Shown here in pieces: positions 27,963 through 38,445 of a DNA stretch of 64,000 bases. The stretch is from Candidatus Poribacteria bacterium (lineage in GTDB: Bacteria; Poribacteria; WGA-4E; WGA-3G), in the NCBI GenBank assembly GCA_026702755.1, contig JAPPBX010000112.1, forward strand, positions 15,364 to 79,363, given 5' to 3'. Positions within the stretch are counted from its first letter, which is position 1. Each line of letters starts with the position of its first letter. The position numbers and the translations under genes were made by a program. The notes beneath the pieces were generated by a model. That model made no database searches. It was not told the origin of the DNA and saw only the letters and a list, made by a program, of their open reading frames with translations.

Positions 27963-30542
27963 TCATAGATGAGATTTCATATCCCAGAGAAGAATAGTGC
28001 CATCATAACCACCGCTCGCCAAAAACGCGCCATCAGGTGAAAAAGCAAGCGAAAAGATATGGGTGAGGTGTCCCTCGAATGTGGCAACGTTCTCACCTGT
28101 GGTAGTGTTCCACAGTTTGATGGGCGCGCTTGCCATCCCTTCCACTCGCTCCAATCCGGTAGCGAGATAAAGTCCACACGGGGAAAATACGATACCGCCC
28201 TGCCACCAATATGCGTATTCTTCTGGTTTTGGTATTGTGAGCAAGGTTTTAGCACTTTCGATGTCCCACAAAATAAACGCTTTTTCCATCTCTCCGGCAA
28301 TAATATTTCCACACGGTGAAAAAGCGATATGCTCTATCTCATGACTATGGAACGCGTGTATCTCCTCTCCACGCTCAAGATCCCATAGGCAATAGGACCC
28401 CATCTCTTGCCCGCTCGCGAGATATTTACCGTTTGGACTGAACGCTGTGAAGGCAGCATTGGTTTCAGGCATCGTGAAGGTATTGATAATTTCCTCACGC
28501 GGAATATCCCATACATATAGATTTTTCTCGGAATCCCCGTACGCGATCAATTGGGCTGTGTCCGAAAACGCCACGGCCAAATACCGAGGACGTTCCTTGA
28601 TTCTGCATTCGGTAATAGGCGTGTCGTTGCCGAATTCCCGTACTTTTATCGTGTTTCCTTCAACGCTGGTAGTGTGCAGTTGTCCTGAAGTAGAGGCGTA
28701 CAAACAATGTTTTTCACCCGATAATTTGAAAACGCGTGGGGTTTGTGAATGGGTGACAACATCCCAACAGCGAAACGTTCCCTCGGGAAACGGATACCCA
28801 GCTACAAGGGTTTCCCCATCCGCCGAAAATGCTAATGATGATATATAATCGGGATGCGAATTATAAGAGACGGTGCGCGGATCGTGGTCACCAATTGTCC
28901 ACACATTTAGTTCATGAGTCGTTGCAAGAGCAAACTGGGTCCCGCTAAAAGACCACCTTCGTGTCTCGCCTCCGTCCGGCGTGTAGTAAGTATTAAGTTT
29001 TTCATGGCACGTCGTATCCCAGAGGGTGACATCGGTATCAGAAACCGCTACAATCTGCCTCTCACCCGTTGTAGAATAGGTAGGTATCAACTGATTACTG
29101 CCATAAATCCGTTCCTCTTTTTCGACCTGCCAATTCTCCGTGTCCCATACTGTCAAAATAGAGGATTCCTCTCCATCACTACTGGCAACGAGGAAGTTCC
29201 CACACGGTGAAAAGGAGAGAGCATACAAAAATTCCGTGTATTCTGTGAGATATGCGACGCGTTTTCCGTTGGTAACATCCCACACAGATATAACGTCTCT
29301 TTCAGGCGCGATGGACCAAAAACCTGTTCCCAACCGCTTAGCGTCGTCCGGAGGACTCGCACAGGCAATCAGTTGACTATCTTGTGAAAAAGCAATAGGA
29401 TGCTTCTCCCAACATGCCTGAAATCTAAGTTCAGCATCACCAAATTTTGCAAGTTGGACACCGGTTTCTGGATTCCAGACATCAACCATATAATCAAAAT
29501 CTCCATTTGCAGCCAAGTGCTTGCTGTCTGGAGAAAAAACCAATTGATTAATCTTTTTACAAAGTTGGTGCGCTTGCCTCTCCACTTGGGTGAAACAATT
29601 CGCCTGTCGCACGTCCCATACCTTGACACTTCCGTCCTCATGTCCTGTGGCAACCCACTCGCCTGATGCGGAGAACGCAATCGCCGAAATTCGCTTGCAG
29701 TTCGTACTCCACAGCGCGATAGGTGACAAGGTAGCGACTTCATACCACCACAGTCCTATGTCGGTTCCGAGAACGAGATGTTTTCCATCTGGGGACAATG
29801 CCATAGCGTTGATTGCCCCGCGCCCAAATCGGACCAGGGCATCATTCGGGAGTCCCCATAGAGCTGCTTCCCGATTGCTTTCCGTTTGATCCATTGCTGG
29901 AATGTAGCACACGTCCTCTGACATGTTAGGTTTATTGAGATGAACAGATTCTGAAGACATAGTTTCTCCTTTTTTAGGTGCCATGTCAAATTCCTTCCGC
30001 AGGAGTTCTCGTGTTTCTCTTAATTTCGTCTTAACTGTGCCTATGGCTAAGTCGAGTTCTTCCGCGATTTCTTTCATACTCCACGATTCCAGATAGTACA
30101 ATACGGCGGTCGGACGCACCCGCTGCGGGAGATGCTGAACGGCTTCCCTTACGTCTGCGTGTAGTTGTGCTTCTCTAAAACGCGGGGAGGCCTCCCGGTC
30201 AATGTACTCAATCAACTCGGCACGGCTCTGCGGAGTTTCGCTCCGTGAGCGGTGGCTGGAGGCGTAGTATCTGTTACAGGCGTTATAGGCGATCTGCCGC
30301 AACCATCCGTTAAAGCTGCTGACTTTCCTGAGTCCACCGATGTTTTCCCATACTGCCATCCAAGTGTCCATGAGGATTTCCTCAGCATCGCGGCGTTGCC
30401 TTGAATTTGCAAGAATGATACGCCATATCCGTGGACTGTAGCGCGACATCAGTTCCGCAAATGCTGCTTCATCCTGATTTTGGACAAACCGAATGAGTTC
30501 TTCATCTGTGAGGTCATTGAAGGTTATCAGATTATGGCGCAT
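27963..30542 (-). CDS. ECF sigma factor fused to a large C-terminal WD40 beta-propeller domain
   Basis: The N-terminus has sigma-70 region 2 (FAELMSRYSPRIWRIILANSRQRRDAEEILMDTWMAVWENI..GWLRQIAYNACNRYY) and region 4 (LYYLESWSMKEIAEELDLAIGTVKTKLRETRELLRKE). About 650 aa of WD40 repeats follow (GHEDGSVKVWDV, ..SVWDVTNGK.., LTVWDTENW.., LYVWDIPREE, CLWDLERGEE, ILLWDMKSH). No TM helix is evident. Start is assigned to MRHNLITF, which is preceded by AAGGAG. Confidence 0.75.
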   Translation of the reverse strand: MRHNLITFNDLTDEELIRFVQNQDEAAFAELMSRYSPRIWRIILANSRQRRDAEEILMDTWMAVWENIGGLRKVSSFNGWLRQIAYNACNRYYASSHRSRSETPQSRAELIEYIDREASPRFREAQLHADVREAVQHLPQRVRPTAVLYYLESWSMKEIAEELDLAIGTVKTKLRETRELLRKEFDMAPKKGETMSSESVHLNKPNMSEDVCYIPAMDQTESNREAALWGLPNDALVRFGRGAINAMALSPDGKHLVLGTDIGLWWYEVATLSPIALWSTNCKRISAIAFSASGEWVATGHEDGSVKVWDVRQANCFTQVERQAHQLCKKINQLVFSPDSKHLAANGDFDYMVDVWNPETGVQLAKFGDAELRFQACWEKHPIAFSQDSQLIACASPPDDAKRLGTGFWSIAPERDVISVWDVTNGKRVAYLTEYTEFLYALSFSPCGNFLVASSDGEESSILTVWDTENWQVEKEERIYGSNQLIPTYSTTGERQIVAVSDTDVTLWDTTCHEKLNTYYTPDGGETRRWSFSGTQFALATTHELNVWTIGDHDPRTVSYNSHPDYISSLAFSADGETLVAGYPFPEGTFRCWDVVTHSQTPRVFKLSGEKHCLYASTSGQLHTTSVEGNTIKVREFGNDTPITECRIKERPRYLAVAFSDTAQLIAYGDSEKNLYVWDIPREEIINTFTMPETNAAFTAFSPNGKYLASGQEMGSYCLWDLERGEEIHAFHSHEIEHIAFSPCGNIIAGEMEKAFILWDIESAKTLLTIPKPEEYAYWWQGGIVFSPCGLYLATGLERVEGMASAPIKLWNTTTGENVATFEGHLTHIFSLAFSPDGAFLASGGYDGTILLWDMKSHL

Positions 30543-30862
30543 AAAACTTATCTCCTTGGTAGGTGTACTTTGTGAATGCACTTTTCTATCATGAGGTGAC
30601 CCTTTGGGTTTTAATATTTAAGAGGAGAGTTTTCGGGGAAAAGGTTTAAAAAATGTAAAAGTTGAGAATCGAAGAGAGGGATTCTTGATAAAATTAAGCG
30701 AGTGCTGGCGTTTGCTTTTGTGTTGAACCAACGACTTCACCAGTAGGATTCCGTTCGCCATTGATGACCGCGCGACAGACATCAGCGATATGGCGCGCAG
30801 CACAGCCATTCTGCAATTGAACCGCAGATAAATAAGATCTTCTTCGTCACTGAATTGATCTT

Positions 30863-31399
30863 CTACATCATGAACCACATACCTATCTGTCCAGCGAGTA
30901 TACCGAGAAGTGCCCCGGCGAGAACGTCGGTCGGGTAATGCACTCCGAGATATACACGTGCGACTCCGACGAGTGTTGCCCAACAAAAGGTCGGGATTTG
31001 CAAAACTGGGAAGGTATTCGCCAAAAGCGTCATCATCAGAAAAGCAGAGGCAGTATGTCCCGATGGGAAACTAAATCGATCCGGTGGACGGACACGAAAT
31101 TGAACGTCCATAATCTTCTCGTAGGGTCGGTCGCGTTTCATTGCCTGTTTGAGGAAATGATATAAGAGTCTCTCAAGCGGAAATCCAAGTGCTGCGGATA
31201 GGAGAAACGGCTTGCTAACGTCAGGACTGAGCGTCAGGAATATATAGAGTCCAAGAAATGGATACAAACACCCATTCGCGCTCCATGAGATGCAACGAAA
31301 CGATCGGTTGAGAATGACACCTCCATCCCCCAAACTAAAGATATAGTAGAACAGCGACCTATCCCATCGGGTTAGACTATTTGTGAATTCTTTAAGCAT
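30863..31399 (-). CDS. PAP2-family membrane phosphatase (phosphatidic acid phosphatase type 2 / undecaprenyl-PP phosphatase-like)
   Basis: It has PAP2 motifs KRDRP, PSGH and ARVYLGVHYPTD in a multi-TM context. Confidence 0.7.
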   Translation of the reverse strand: MLKEFTNSLTRWDRSLFYYIFSLGDGGVILNRSFRCISWSANGCLYPFLGLYIFLTLSPDVSKPFLLSAALGFPLERLLYHFLKQAMKRDRPYEKIMDVQFRVRPPDRFSFPSGHTASAFLMMTLLANTFPVLQIPTFCWATLVGVARVYLGVHYPTDVLAGALLGILAGQIGMWFMM

Positions 31400-31586
31400 A
31401 TCTGGTTTAATTTCCGTATAATAAAGCTTGCAGGATGTTAAGAAACCTTGATTGCACGTGTGGTATTTACAAGTCTTTCGTTGTGGTACGTTTTCTGGGG
31501 CAGATCTATGTAGAGGTTGTTACGCGCTAACATCCACTCCGCCCATTCCCAATCCTCTAATGTGTCTCTCACTATTCACATCCCCT

Positions 31587-32585
31587 TTAAATGTCCATCT
31601 CTCTTCTTTGAGCGTCTGATGCTTTTGCGGCGAGTACGAGTTGGAGTGCAGCAATTCCATCCGTCAGATTAACACAGGGGGCGGTACCGTTTTCAATGCA
31701 GCCGATGAAATGTTTCATCTCTTCAATGAAAAGTGTGTTACGCTCAAAACCGGTCGGTCCCTTGTGAAAAGTCTCCGTTTGCCATGATTCTGTCTTGCCT
31801 TGGTACCAGTGGACCTCACCGTCGGCGTTATCCCATAGGATGCTTCCGTGTTGTCCAGTAATACGCAATGTATGTGTCGATGGGCGTTGAATGTAATTAA
31901 GATGCACTATGCCAAGTGCACCATTTTCAAACCGCAGCATCGTGTTTGTTGTGTCCTCGACTCGGATGTTTAAGCCCCCTTGTTGTGCTGTCATCGCGGA
32001 GACACTCTGTACCTCCCCAATGAGCCATCGGAGGTAATCAAACGGATGGCAAAGTGTCAGTAGCACTCCACCTCCGAGGTCTTCGCGTGCGGCGTACCCT
32101 GTTCGATGGTCTTCCCAAGGGTGCCATCCGGGTAGATATTCACCCCAGTGTGCATCTACAGATGTCACCGCACCGATTACCCCACTGTCAAGAAGTTGCT
32201 TGATGCGTTGTAAACCTGGGTGAAATCGAAACTGGAAACCGACGAGTACCCTAAGATTTTTCTCTTGTACAATCTTTGCCAAGATAGGGACCCGCTCCAT
32301 TGTATGGGAAATCGGTTTCTCTAATAACAAGTGACACCCAGCCTCCGCCGCAGGAATAGCAACATCAAGATGAAACGAGGTCGGATTGGAAATAACCACA
32401 GCATCGGGTTGGTGCCGTTGAAGGGCTTCTGTGATGTCTCGTTCAGTTGGAAATCCAGCGAGATCATCGTCAGAAAGCGTGGCGCGTCCAGAGCGTAATA
32501 GCACTAATTTTTTAATATTCAGATCTTGCAAATTTCGCAGGTGGCGCCGTCCAATAGAGCCCAATCCTGCAATCAGAATTTTCAT
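31587..32585 (-). CDS. Gfo/Idh/MocA-family NAD(P)-dependent oxidoreductase
   Basis: It has an N-terminal Rossmann fold (MKILIAGLGSIGRRHLRNL) and a C-terminal Gfo/Idh/MocA alpha/beta domain. Confidence 0.8.
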   Translation of the reverse strand: MKILIAGLGSIGRRHLRNLQDLNIKKLVLLRSGRATLSDDDLAGFPTERDITEALQRHQPDAVVISNPTSFHLDVAIPAAEAGCHLLLEKPISHTMERVPILAKIVQEKNLRVLVGFQFRFHPGLQRIKQLLDSGVIGAVTSVDAHWGEYLPGWHPWEDHRTGYAAREDLGGGVLLTLCHPFDYLRWLIGEVQSVSAMTAQQGGLNIRVEDTTNTMLRFENGALGIVHLNYIQRPSTHTLRITGQHGSILWDNADGEVHWYQGKTESWQTETFHKGPTGFERNTLFIEEMKHFIGCIENGTAPCVNLTDGIAALQLVLAAKASDAQRREMDI

Positions 32586-32739
32586 TTATCTCCTGCATCT
32601 CCGACCCATTTTTCGTTAAAAATTATAGCCGAGGTATGTTGCACAATTTTAACCAACGTATTTTTTTATATAAAAAAGATTGAACAAAATTGTGTCGGTA
32701 TGTGCGGTTTGGACACATTCAATCAATGCACCTAAATCC

Positions 32740-33486
32740 TCAAAAAGAGTGGGGATCCACATAGTCGGCGAGGTCTCGGAGTGCGATAACGTTGTAATCG
32801 TTTTCGGCGAGATGTGCCATATACGCTTCAAATTGTTCTGGCTCTGTGTGAACCCAAGGGTGTTCGACATCCGGCACACCGTGGAAGGTAAGGATCGTAA
32901 TATTCCCGTCGGTTGCTTGGGTGAGTGCCCACGTGAAATCGTCAAAGTTCCAATTGGGACCGGCGGCTCCTGTCGTTGGAATCAGGAGCGGATGATGTAG
33001 CACCGGATTGTAAGCGGGGCCCCGGTCTCCTTCCCCACCGTAAGGGAATTCGGGGGCAACACCGCGTCGCGCAAAATGAAAGCCGTGTTCAGCGAGCACT
33101 TGTGCTGCTGCTTCGTTATGACTGTAACCGGGATAACAGAACGTCGTGGGCTGCGAAATGCCATAAGTTTCACAACGTTCGTCAATGTGCGCTAAATCCG
33201 AACGGAGTTCCTCAGCCGTTTGCTGCGTGACGTTTCGGTGGTGACGGGTGTGATTGCCGATCTCGAAACCGTCGTCGTGTAACCCTTTTACCTCTTCCCA
33301 CGTCATATAGGCTTCTTTATTCGTAAGGAAGTTGAGACCTTCGGTAATGTAGAAGGTTGCACCGAAGCCATACGATTTGAGAAGAGGACCTACGAAGGTC
33401 GCCTGCGATTTGCATCCATCGTCAAAGGTAAGCACAACGAGTTTATCAGGGATTTTTTTGCGTAAAATGTCTTTCATACTGCTCAA
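32740..33486 (-). CDS. polysaccharide deacetylase (CE4 / NodB homology domain)
   Basis: It contains LTFDDGCKSQATFVGPLLKSYGFGATFYI and His-rich motifs typical of NodB-type deacetylases. Confidence 0.75.
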   Translation of the reverse strand: MSSMKDILRKKIPDKLVVLTFDDGCKSQATFVGPLLKSYGFGATFYITEGLNFLTNKEAYMTWEEVKGLHDDGFEIGNHTRHHRNVTQQTAEELRSDLAHIDERCETYGISQPTTFCYPGYSHNEAAAQVLAEHGFHFARRGVAPEFPYGGEGDRGPAYNPVLHHPLLIPTTGAAGPNWNFDDFTWALTQATDGNITILTFHGVPDVEHPWVHTEPEQFEAYMAHLAENDYNVIALRDLADYVDPHSF

Positions 33487-33682
33487 CTTATGTCTATTGA
33501 AAAGAATTTGATACTATACTGCATTGCCAGATTATTATAGCCGCGAACGGTTGTTTAAATCAAGAAAAAATCATCCCGTCAATCCTTGAATCCTGTAAAT
33601 CCTGGTTCAGACAATTACGATTGTCGCTTCACGAACTTACGCCTACTGACAACTCAATATCTCTAATAGCTACAAAAATCGT

Positions 33683-33711
33683 TGACAAAAATTTGGAACG
33701 GGTTTAAAATG
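33683..33711 (+). promoter_or_regulatory. near-consensus sigma-70 promoter (TTGACA-17-TAAAAT) upstream of the aldo/keto reductase gene
   Basis: The sequence ttgacaaaaatttggaacgggtttaaaat lies ~30 nt upstream of the GGGAGG RBS. Confidence 0.35.
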
Positions 33712-33740
33712 CTCACAGGAAACTAAGGGAGGTATGAACC

Positions 33741-34736
33741 ATGATTGATCGACGTGCATTTTTGAAATCGATGGCAAGTTTGACAACAGGTGTTCTTTTG
33801 TCATCTGCATGTGCAGAAAGTGGTGGGGAAGATACAACCAACAGTGACCGCTTAGGGCCCCTCCTGCCGACCCGAAGATTAGGACGCACCGGAGAAGCTG
33901 TGACAATGCTCGGTATAGGCGGATGGCATATCGGCGACATGGAGGAGAAGGAAGCCCAGAAGACGATTGAGACAGCCCTTGAGGGTGGTGTACGTTTCAT
34001 TGACAGCGCAGAATCCTATCAAGGCGGTCGCAGCGAGACCCGCTTAGGAAAACTGCTTGTGCCAAAATATCGAGACGATGTGTTTCTTATGACAAAGACA
34101 AGAGCAGAAAATGCTGAGGACGCATGGAAGCACCTTGAAGGTTCACTTACACGTTTGAACACTGACCGCCTCGATCTTTGGCAAATGCATTCGGTGCAAA
34201 ATCCCGCGGATGTAAATGAACGGATTAATAATGGCGTTCTTGACGTTTTGTTAGAAGCAAAGGCAACTGGCAAAACGCGTTATATTGGGTTCACTGGACA
34301 CGCAAGCCCGGCTGCGCATGAACGGGTCCTTGAGCAAACTGATATTTTCGATGCGTGTCAATTGGCGATGAACCTCGTAGATGTTAATTACGAGAGTTTC
34401 ATTGAGAGAGTGGTACCGATACTCATTGAGCGGAATATCGGTATAATTGGTATGAAAGCATTGGCAAACGGCGGTTTCTTCGGTGGTTCGCAGCACGGTA
34501 GGCACGGTCCAAATCCAAAAGTCGTCCCGGATCGTGTTAGTGTCTCCGAAGCAATTCGGTTTATTTGGTCGCTGCCGGTGAGTACACTTGTTACGGGTCC
34601 AGATAATGCGGAACAGATGCAAGAGAAGATTGACATTGCGAAAAACTTCACAGGCATGGAAGATGATGAACGGCAGGCATTGATAGAAAAGGTCGAAGAT
34701 ATGGCGGGAACAACGGTTGAGTTTTACAAAGCCTGA
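33741..34736 (+). CDS. aldo/keto reductase with twin-arginine (Tat) signal peptide
   Basis: It has a Tat signal (MIDRRAFLKSMASLTTGVLLSSACA). AKR family signatures follow (IDSAESYQGGRSE..LGK, DLWQMHS). Confidence 0.8.
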   Translation: MIDRRAFLKSMASLTTGVLLSSACAESGGEDTTNSDRLGPLLPTRRLGRTGEAVTMLGIGGWHIGDMEEKEAQKTIETALEGGVRFIDSAESYQGGRSETRLGKLLVPKYRDDVFLMTKTRAENAEDAWKHLEGSLTRLNTDRLDLWQMHSVQNPADVNERINNGVLDVLLEAKATGKTRYIGFTGHASPAAHERVLEQTDIFDACQLAMNLVDVNYESFIERVVPILIERNIGIIGMKALANGGFFGGSQHGRHGPNPKVVPDRVSVSEAIRFIWSLPVSTLVTGPDNAEQMQEKIDIAKNFTGMEDDERQALIEKVEDMAGTTVEFYKA

Positions 34737-36439
34737 TGTCCATCTGTAGGAGCGATCCCCTGATCGCGATGTTTCTCAAAATCTCTGTGCTCTCATCTGT
34801 CTTTGTTTCTCTCTGTATTTCGGCTGGGGCAGATGTGAAATTTACAGATGTCGCTGATGTGTCCGGCATCGAATTCCAGCATTTTACTGGTGCAACAGGC
34901 GCACGCTATATGCCTGAAACGATGGGAGCGGGCTGTGCCTTTTTGGATTACGACACAGATGGTAATTTGGACATTTTGCTTGCGAATGGGACAAGCCTAA
35001 CACGTCCAAATGCTGCGCATACTCCTCGGCTTTACCGAAATACGGGTGATGGACAGTTTGTTGATGTTACTGAGGCAGCAGGGTTAGACGTGTCAATGTA
35101 CGGCATGGGCATAACGGCTGCCGATTACGATAACGATGCCGACCTTGATATTTATTTTACCAATGTAGGCGAAAACCGACTGTTCCGCAACAACGGGGAC
35201 CGAACCTTCACGGATGTCAGTGAATTTGCAAAGGTAGGAGACACCGGTTGGTCAACAAGTGCGGCTTTCTTCGATGCTGACAAGGACGGTTGGTTGGATC
35301 TGTTCGTTTGCAACTATGTTGAGTGGACACCTGAAACCGATATTCCTTGTATAGTAAATCTTCCGGGTGAAACGCAGCGACACCGCACCTATTGCACACC
35401 ATCTGTTTACACCGGACAATCCTGTCGTTTCTATCGTAACCAAGGCGACGGCACGTTCAGCGACAGGACATTACAAGCCGGGCTATATAATCCGACGGGT
35501 AAATCGCTTGGTGTAACCCTTTTGGATTACAATCATGACGGATGGATAGATCTTGCCGTTGCAAACGATACGGAACCGAATTTTCTGTATCGGAACAACG
35601 GGGATGGCACATTTACCGATGAAGCCGTAGTGATGGGGATCGCCTTCAGTGAGACCGGAAAAGCGCGCGGCAGTATGGGAATTGATGCAGCGGATCTCTA
35701 TAACGACGGCGGCACTGTAATCGCTATCGGCAACTTTAGCAACGAAAAAATAGGATTTTTCTATACAAAGCCGGGTAGCATCTATTTCACCGATGTCGCA
35801 GAACGCGCAAACATTGGTAGAATAAGCCATCGTCTGTTGACGTTTGGATTGCTGTTTTTTGATTGCGATTTAGATGGGGCACTCGACCTGTTTTGCGTTA
35901 ATGGGCACATTGAGCCGGAAGTGTTGCGCTATCAGCAGCATATCCCTTACGCGCAACTCCCGTCGCTTTTCCAACATCAGAGCGATGGAACATTTCGGGA
36001 CATTACTGAACGTGCTGGGCTTGCACAGGCAAGTGTCGGGCGCGGATGTGCTTACGGCGATTACGATAATGACGGTGATCTGGATCTACTTGTGAGCAAC
36101 AACGGTGTTAGCGAAGATCACGGAAAGGTGTGGCTCCTACGTAATGACAGCAAACGCTCGTTTAATTACCTCCGAGTTCGGGTTATCGGCACTCATAGTA
36201 ATCGCGATGGGATCGGAACAAGTGTCCGAGTAAGCGTGGACGGTAGCGTGCAGGAGCAGATGGTTCGCACCGGCAGCAGTTATTGTTCCCAAAGCGAAAT
36301 GGTCGTAACTTTCGGATTAGGGAGTAGTGAGGTTGTTGAGCACCTCGAAGTCCTATGGCTCTCCGGCAAAATAGACCGATACGAGAAACTCAAAGCGAAT
36401 CAACTTATAGAGGTGATCGAAGGAGCATCCGAAAAATGA
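34736..36439 (+). CDS. CRTAC1-family protein (FG-GAP repeats + ASPIC/UnbV domain)
   Basis: It has FG-GAP/Ca-binding repeats (DYDTDGNLDILLANG, DYDNDADLDIYFTN, DADKDGWLDLFVCN, DYNHDGWIDLAVAND, DYDNDGDLDLLVSNNG). The C-terminus has UnbV_ASPIC-like sequence (NRDGIGTSVRV..GSSYCSQSE). Confidence 0.75.
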   Translation: MSICRSDPLIAMFLKISVLSSVFVSLCISAGADVKFTDVADVSGIEFQHFTGATGARYMPETMGAGCAFLDYDTDGNLDILLANGTSLTRPNAAHTPRLYRNTGDGQFVDVTEAAGLDVSMYGMGITAADYDNDADLDIYFTNVGENRLFRNNGDRTFTDVSEFAKVGDTGWSTSAAFFDADKDGWLDLFVCNYVEWTPETDIPCIVNLPGETQRHRTYCTPSVYTGQSCRFYRNQGDGTFSDRTLQAGLYNPTGKSLGVTLLDYNHDGWIDLAVANDTEPNFLYRNNGDGTFTDEAVVMGIAFSETGKARGSMGIDAADLYNDGGTVIAIGNFSNEKIGFFYTKPGSIYFTDVAERANIGRISHRLLTFGLLFFDCDLDGALDLFCVNGHIEPEVLRYQQHIPYAQLPSLFQHQSDGTFRDITERAGLAQASVGRGCAYGDYDNDGDLDLLVSNNGVSEDHGKVWLLRNDSKRSFNYLRVRVIGTHSNRDGIGTSVRVSVDGSVQEQMVRTGSSYCSQSEMVVTFGLGSSEVVEHLEVLWLSGKIDRYEKLKANQLIEVIEGASEK

Positions 36440-37239
36440 GACTGCAAGTGTCCGGTTACCTCTTTCTTGTAATTTTGGGACTCGTTGCTGGATGTCAGGG
36501 TGACGAGAAGGTTTCTACTCAAAAGAAGCCAGCATCTACGGCACTTACGAAATCACCCACTTCACCCTCTGCACAGGACTACAATAACAGTGGAACGGCT
36601 TACCAACGTGCCGGAAGATTGCAAGAGGCAGCAGCGGCTTATCAACGTGCCATTGAGATAAAACCGACGTTAATTCAAGCGCATCATAACTTAGGCACGG
36701 TATATGTGATGCAAGGGAAACTCGCAGAGGCAATTGTTGCGTATAAGCGCGTCATTCAGCTACGTCCGGACATGGCAGAGGCTTATGTTGATTTAGGCAG
36801 AGCCTATGGATTCGCAGGACGCTTGGACGAAGCAATTGCTGAATACGAGAAGGCATTAATCCGCGACACTACCCTTGTTTATGCACACTATGGAATTGGT
36901 CTTGCTTATAGACATAAAGGCATGTTCCCTGAAGCCATCGTTGCACTTGAAAAGGCGATGGTTCTACAATCTGATTTTCTCGAGGCACTCATGCAACTTG
37001 GCTACATCTATCGGGAAACAGAGCAGTTTACCAAGGCGGTGGAAATGTTTAGCACAGTTATTAAAATCTATCCCACAAACTCGACGGCGTACCATGAACT
37101 CGGCGTGTGCCATACGAAAGTGGATGCGTATTCAGAAGCCGTTAAGGCTTTTGAAAGAGCCTTACAACTAAATCCAGATGCCGTTGAGACGCAAAACTTG
37201 CTGCGGGTAGCCCAAGCGCGTGCCGAGCGTCAGAAATAG
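36436..37239 (+). CDS. TPR-repeat lipoprotein
   Basis: It has a lipobox (LVAGC). Six or more TPR motifs follow (AYQRAIEIKPTLIQAHHNLGTVY, AYKRVIQLRPDMAEAYVDLGRAY, ...). Start is assigned to the ATG after GGAGCATCCGAAAA; the longer ORF from 36355 overlaps the upstream gene. Confidence 0.65.
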   Translation: MRLQVSGYLFLVILGLVAGCQGDEKVSTQKKPASTALTKSPTSPSAQDYNNSGTAYQRAGRLQEAAAAYQRAIEIKPTLIQAHHNLGTVYVMQGKLAEAIVAYKRVIQLRPDMAEAYVDLGRAYGFAGRLDEAIAEYEKALIRDTTLVYAHYGIGLAYRHKGMFPEAIVALEKAMVLQSDFLEALMQLGYIYRETEQFTKAVEMFSTVIKIYPTNSTAYHELGVCHTKVDAYSEAVKAFERALQLNPDAVETQNLLRVAQARAERQK

Positions 37240-37524
37240 TCTTCTAATTGTTGTTGTAAAGAAACCCACGCACCTCGTTTTTTCGTTCATTGTTGAAGAA
37301 TCCGGTTACTGGTTTCCGAAACTTCCCGTAGAAAATCTGAACTTATCCATTAACAATCTGTCTAATTTAATAGTTAAATATGTTACTTTACTCTCGTAAG
37401 TTAGGCGGTTACCGTCAAGGCTTACGTGCCACAATTTCCCGTATCCCCGTTTGAAAAAATGGTTTCAATAGTCGTGGGACAAAGGGTATTTATGGAATCC
37501 CTATGAATTCCAGAGGAGGAAAAA

Positions 37525-38352
37525 ATGCGTCAGGTTATGTTTTTTACGGTATTGATAGCGGTATTCGCCACGGCGACCTTTCTCGCGAACGCTGCGGATA
37601 TTGAAGATGGACTTTGGATGTATCTGCCGCTAAACGAAGGGGCAGGGCAAAAGGTCGCCGATCACGGACCCAATAGCTTCGATACGGAACTTAGTAAGAG
37701 CGCGCCGAAATGGGTTGATGCCAAACATGATACCATCAAAAAAGCGATGGAATTTGATGGCAAGGCAACCTACGTCAAGATTGATATGGCTGGTCAGAAG
37801 AAAGACATCGATTCACATTTTAAAGAGAAGCAGGGCATGTCTATCTGTGCCTGGGTGAAACCGCTAAAAGTTGGGACCGATGCCCACGGACAAACCCGTC
37901 AGCCGATCGTCATGAAGGGTGCCGGTGGACAGTGGGAGTTCGCGCTCTATATCTACGACAACTTCGGTGCGGGAATGTCGGTTTGGACGTGTCCCGGCGC
38001 AGGGGTTTCAGAACCGAGTACAGCTGGTACTGCACCACAAGGTAAATGGATTCACCAATGCGGCACATTTCTGTTGAAGGAAGGCGTACGTGTTTACGTA
38101 GATGGGAAAAAAGACCCCGTCGCGGAAGCGGGGGATAACGGCAATGGCCCCTGTGAGGCAGGCAACCGTCCTGTGTTTATCGCACACCGTGAAGATGGAC
38201 AGTGGCTAAATGCCGTCATTGCTGAAGTCTATATGTGGGATCGGGTAATTGAAAACGATGAAATGAATCTCGCTATGAAAACAATTGGTGGGTTGGCGGT
38301 TCAACCGGGAGGTAAATTGTCAACCACCTGGGGCAACATAAAACGGCGTTGA
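37525..38352 (+). CDS. secreted LamG/concanavalin-A-like domain protein
   Basis: It has a signal peptide (MRQVMFFTVLIAVFATATFLANA). LamG-like segments are present (MSICAWVKPLKVG..QWEFALYIYD..WIHQCGTFLLKEGVRVYVDGKKD). Confidence 0.55.
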   Translation: MRQVMFFTVLIAVFATATFLANAADIEDGLWMYLPLNEGAGQKVADHGPNSFDTELSKSAPKWVDAKHDTIKKAMEFDGKATYVKIDMAGQKKDIDSHFKEKQGMSICAWVKPLKVGTDAHGQTRQPIVMKGAGGQWEFALYIYDNFGAGMSVWTCPGAGVSEPSTAGTAPQGKWIHQCGTFLLKEGVRVYVDGKKDPVAEAGDNGNGPCEAGNRPVFIAHREDGQWLNAVIAEVYMWDRVIENDEMNLAMKTIGGLAVQPGGKLSTTWGNIKRR

Positions 38353-38367
38353 CCGTTTTAACTAACA

Positions 38368-38388
38368 GGGGCGGGCAAAACCCGCCCC
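38368..38388. terminator. GC-rich hairpin (GGGGCGGG-caaaa-CCCGCCCC) between convergent genes; probable bidirectional intrinsic terminator
   Basis: It has a perfect 8 bp GC stem immediately after the stop of 37525-38352 and downstream of the convergent minus-strand gene 38446-39228. The U-tract is weak. A copy of the R1 palindrome follows at 38408-38435. Confidence 0.45.
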
Positions 38389-38445
38389 TTAACAAGACCC
38401 CACCGACGCTGGCGAAGTTTGTAACCTCGCCCAGCAGAGATCTAC

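Noticed and set aside
36355-36435. Longer start for the TPR gene at 36355
   Set aside because: It would overlap the CRTAC1 gene by 85 nt. The internal ATG at 36436 has an RBS and produces a clean lipoprotein signal peptide.
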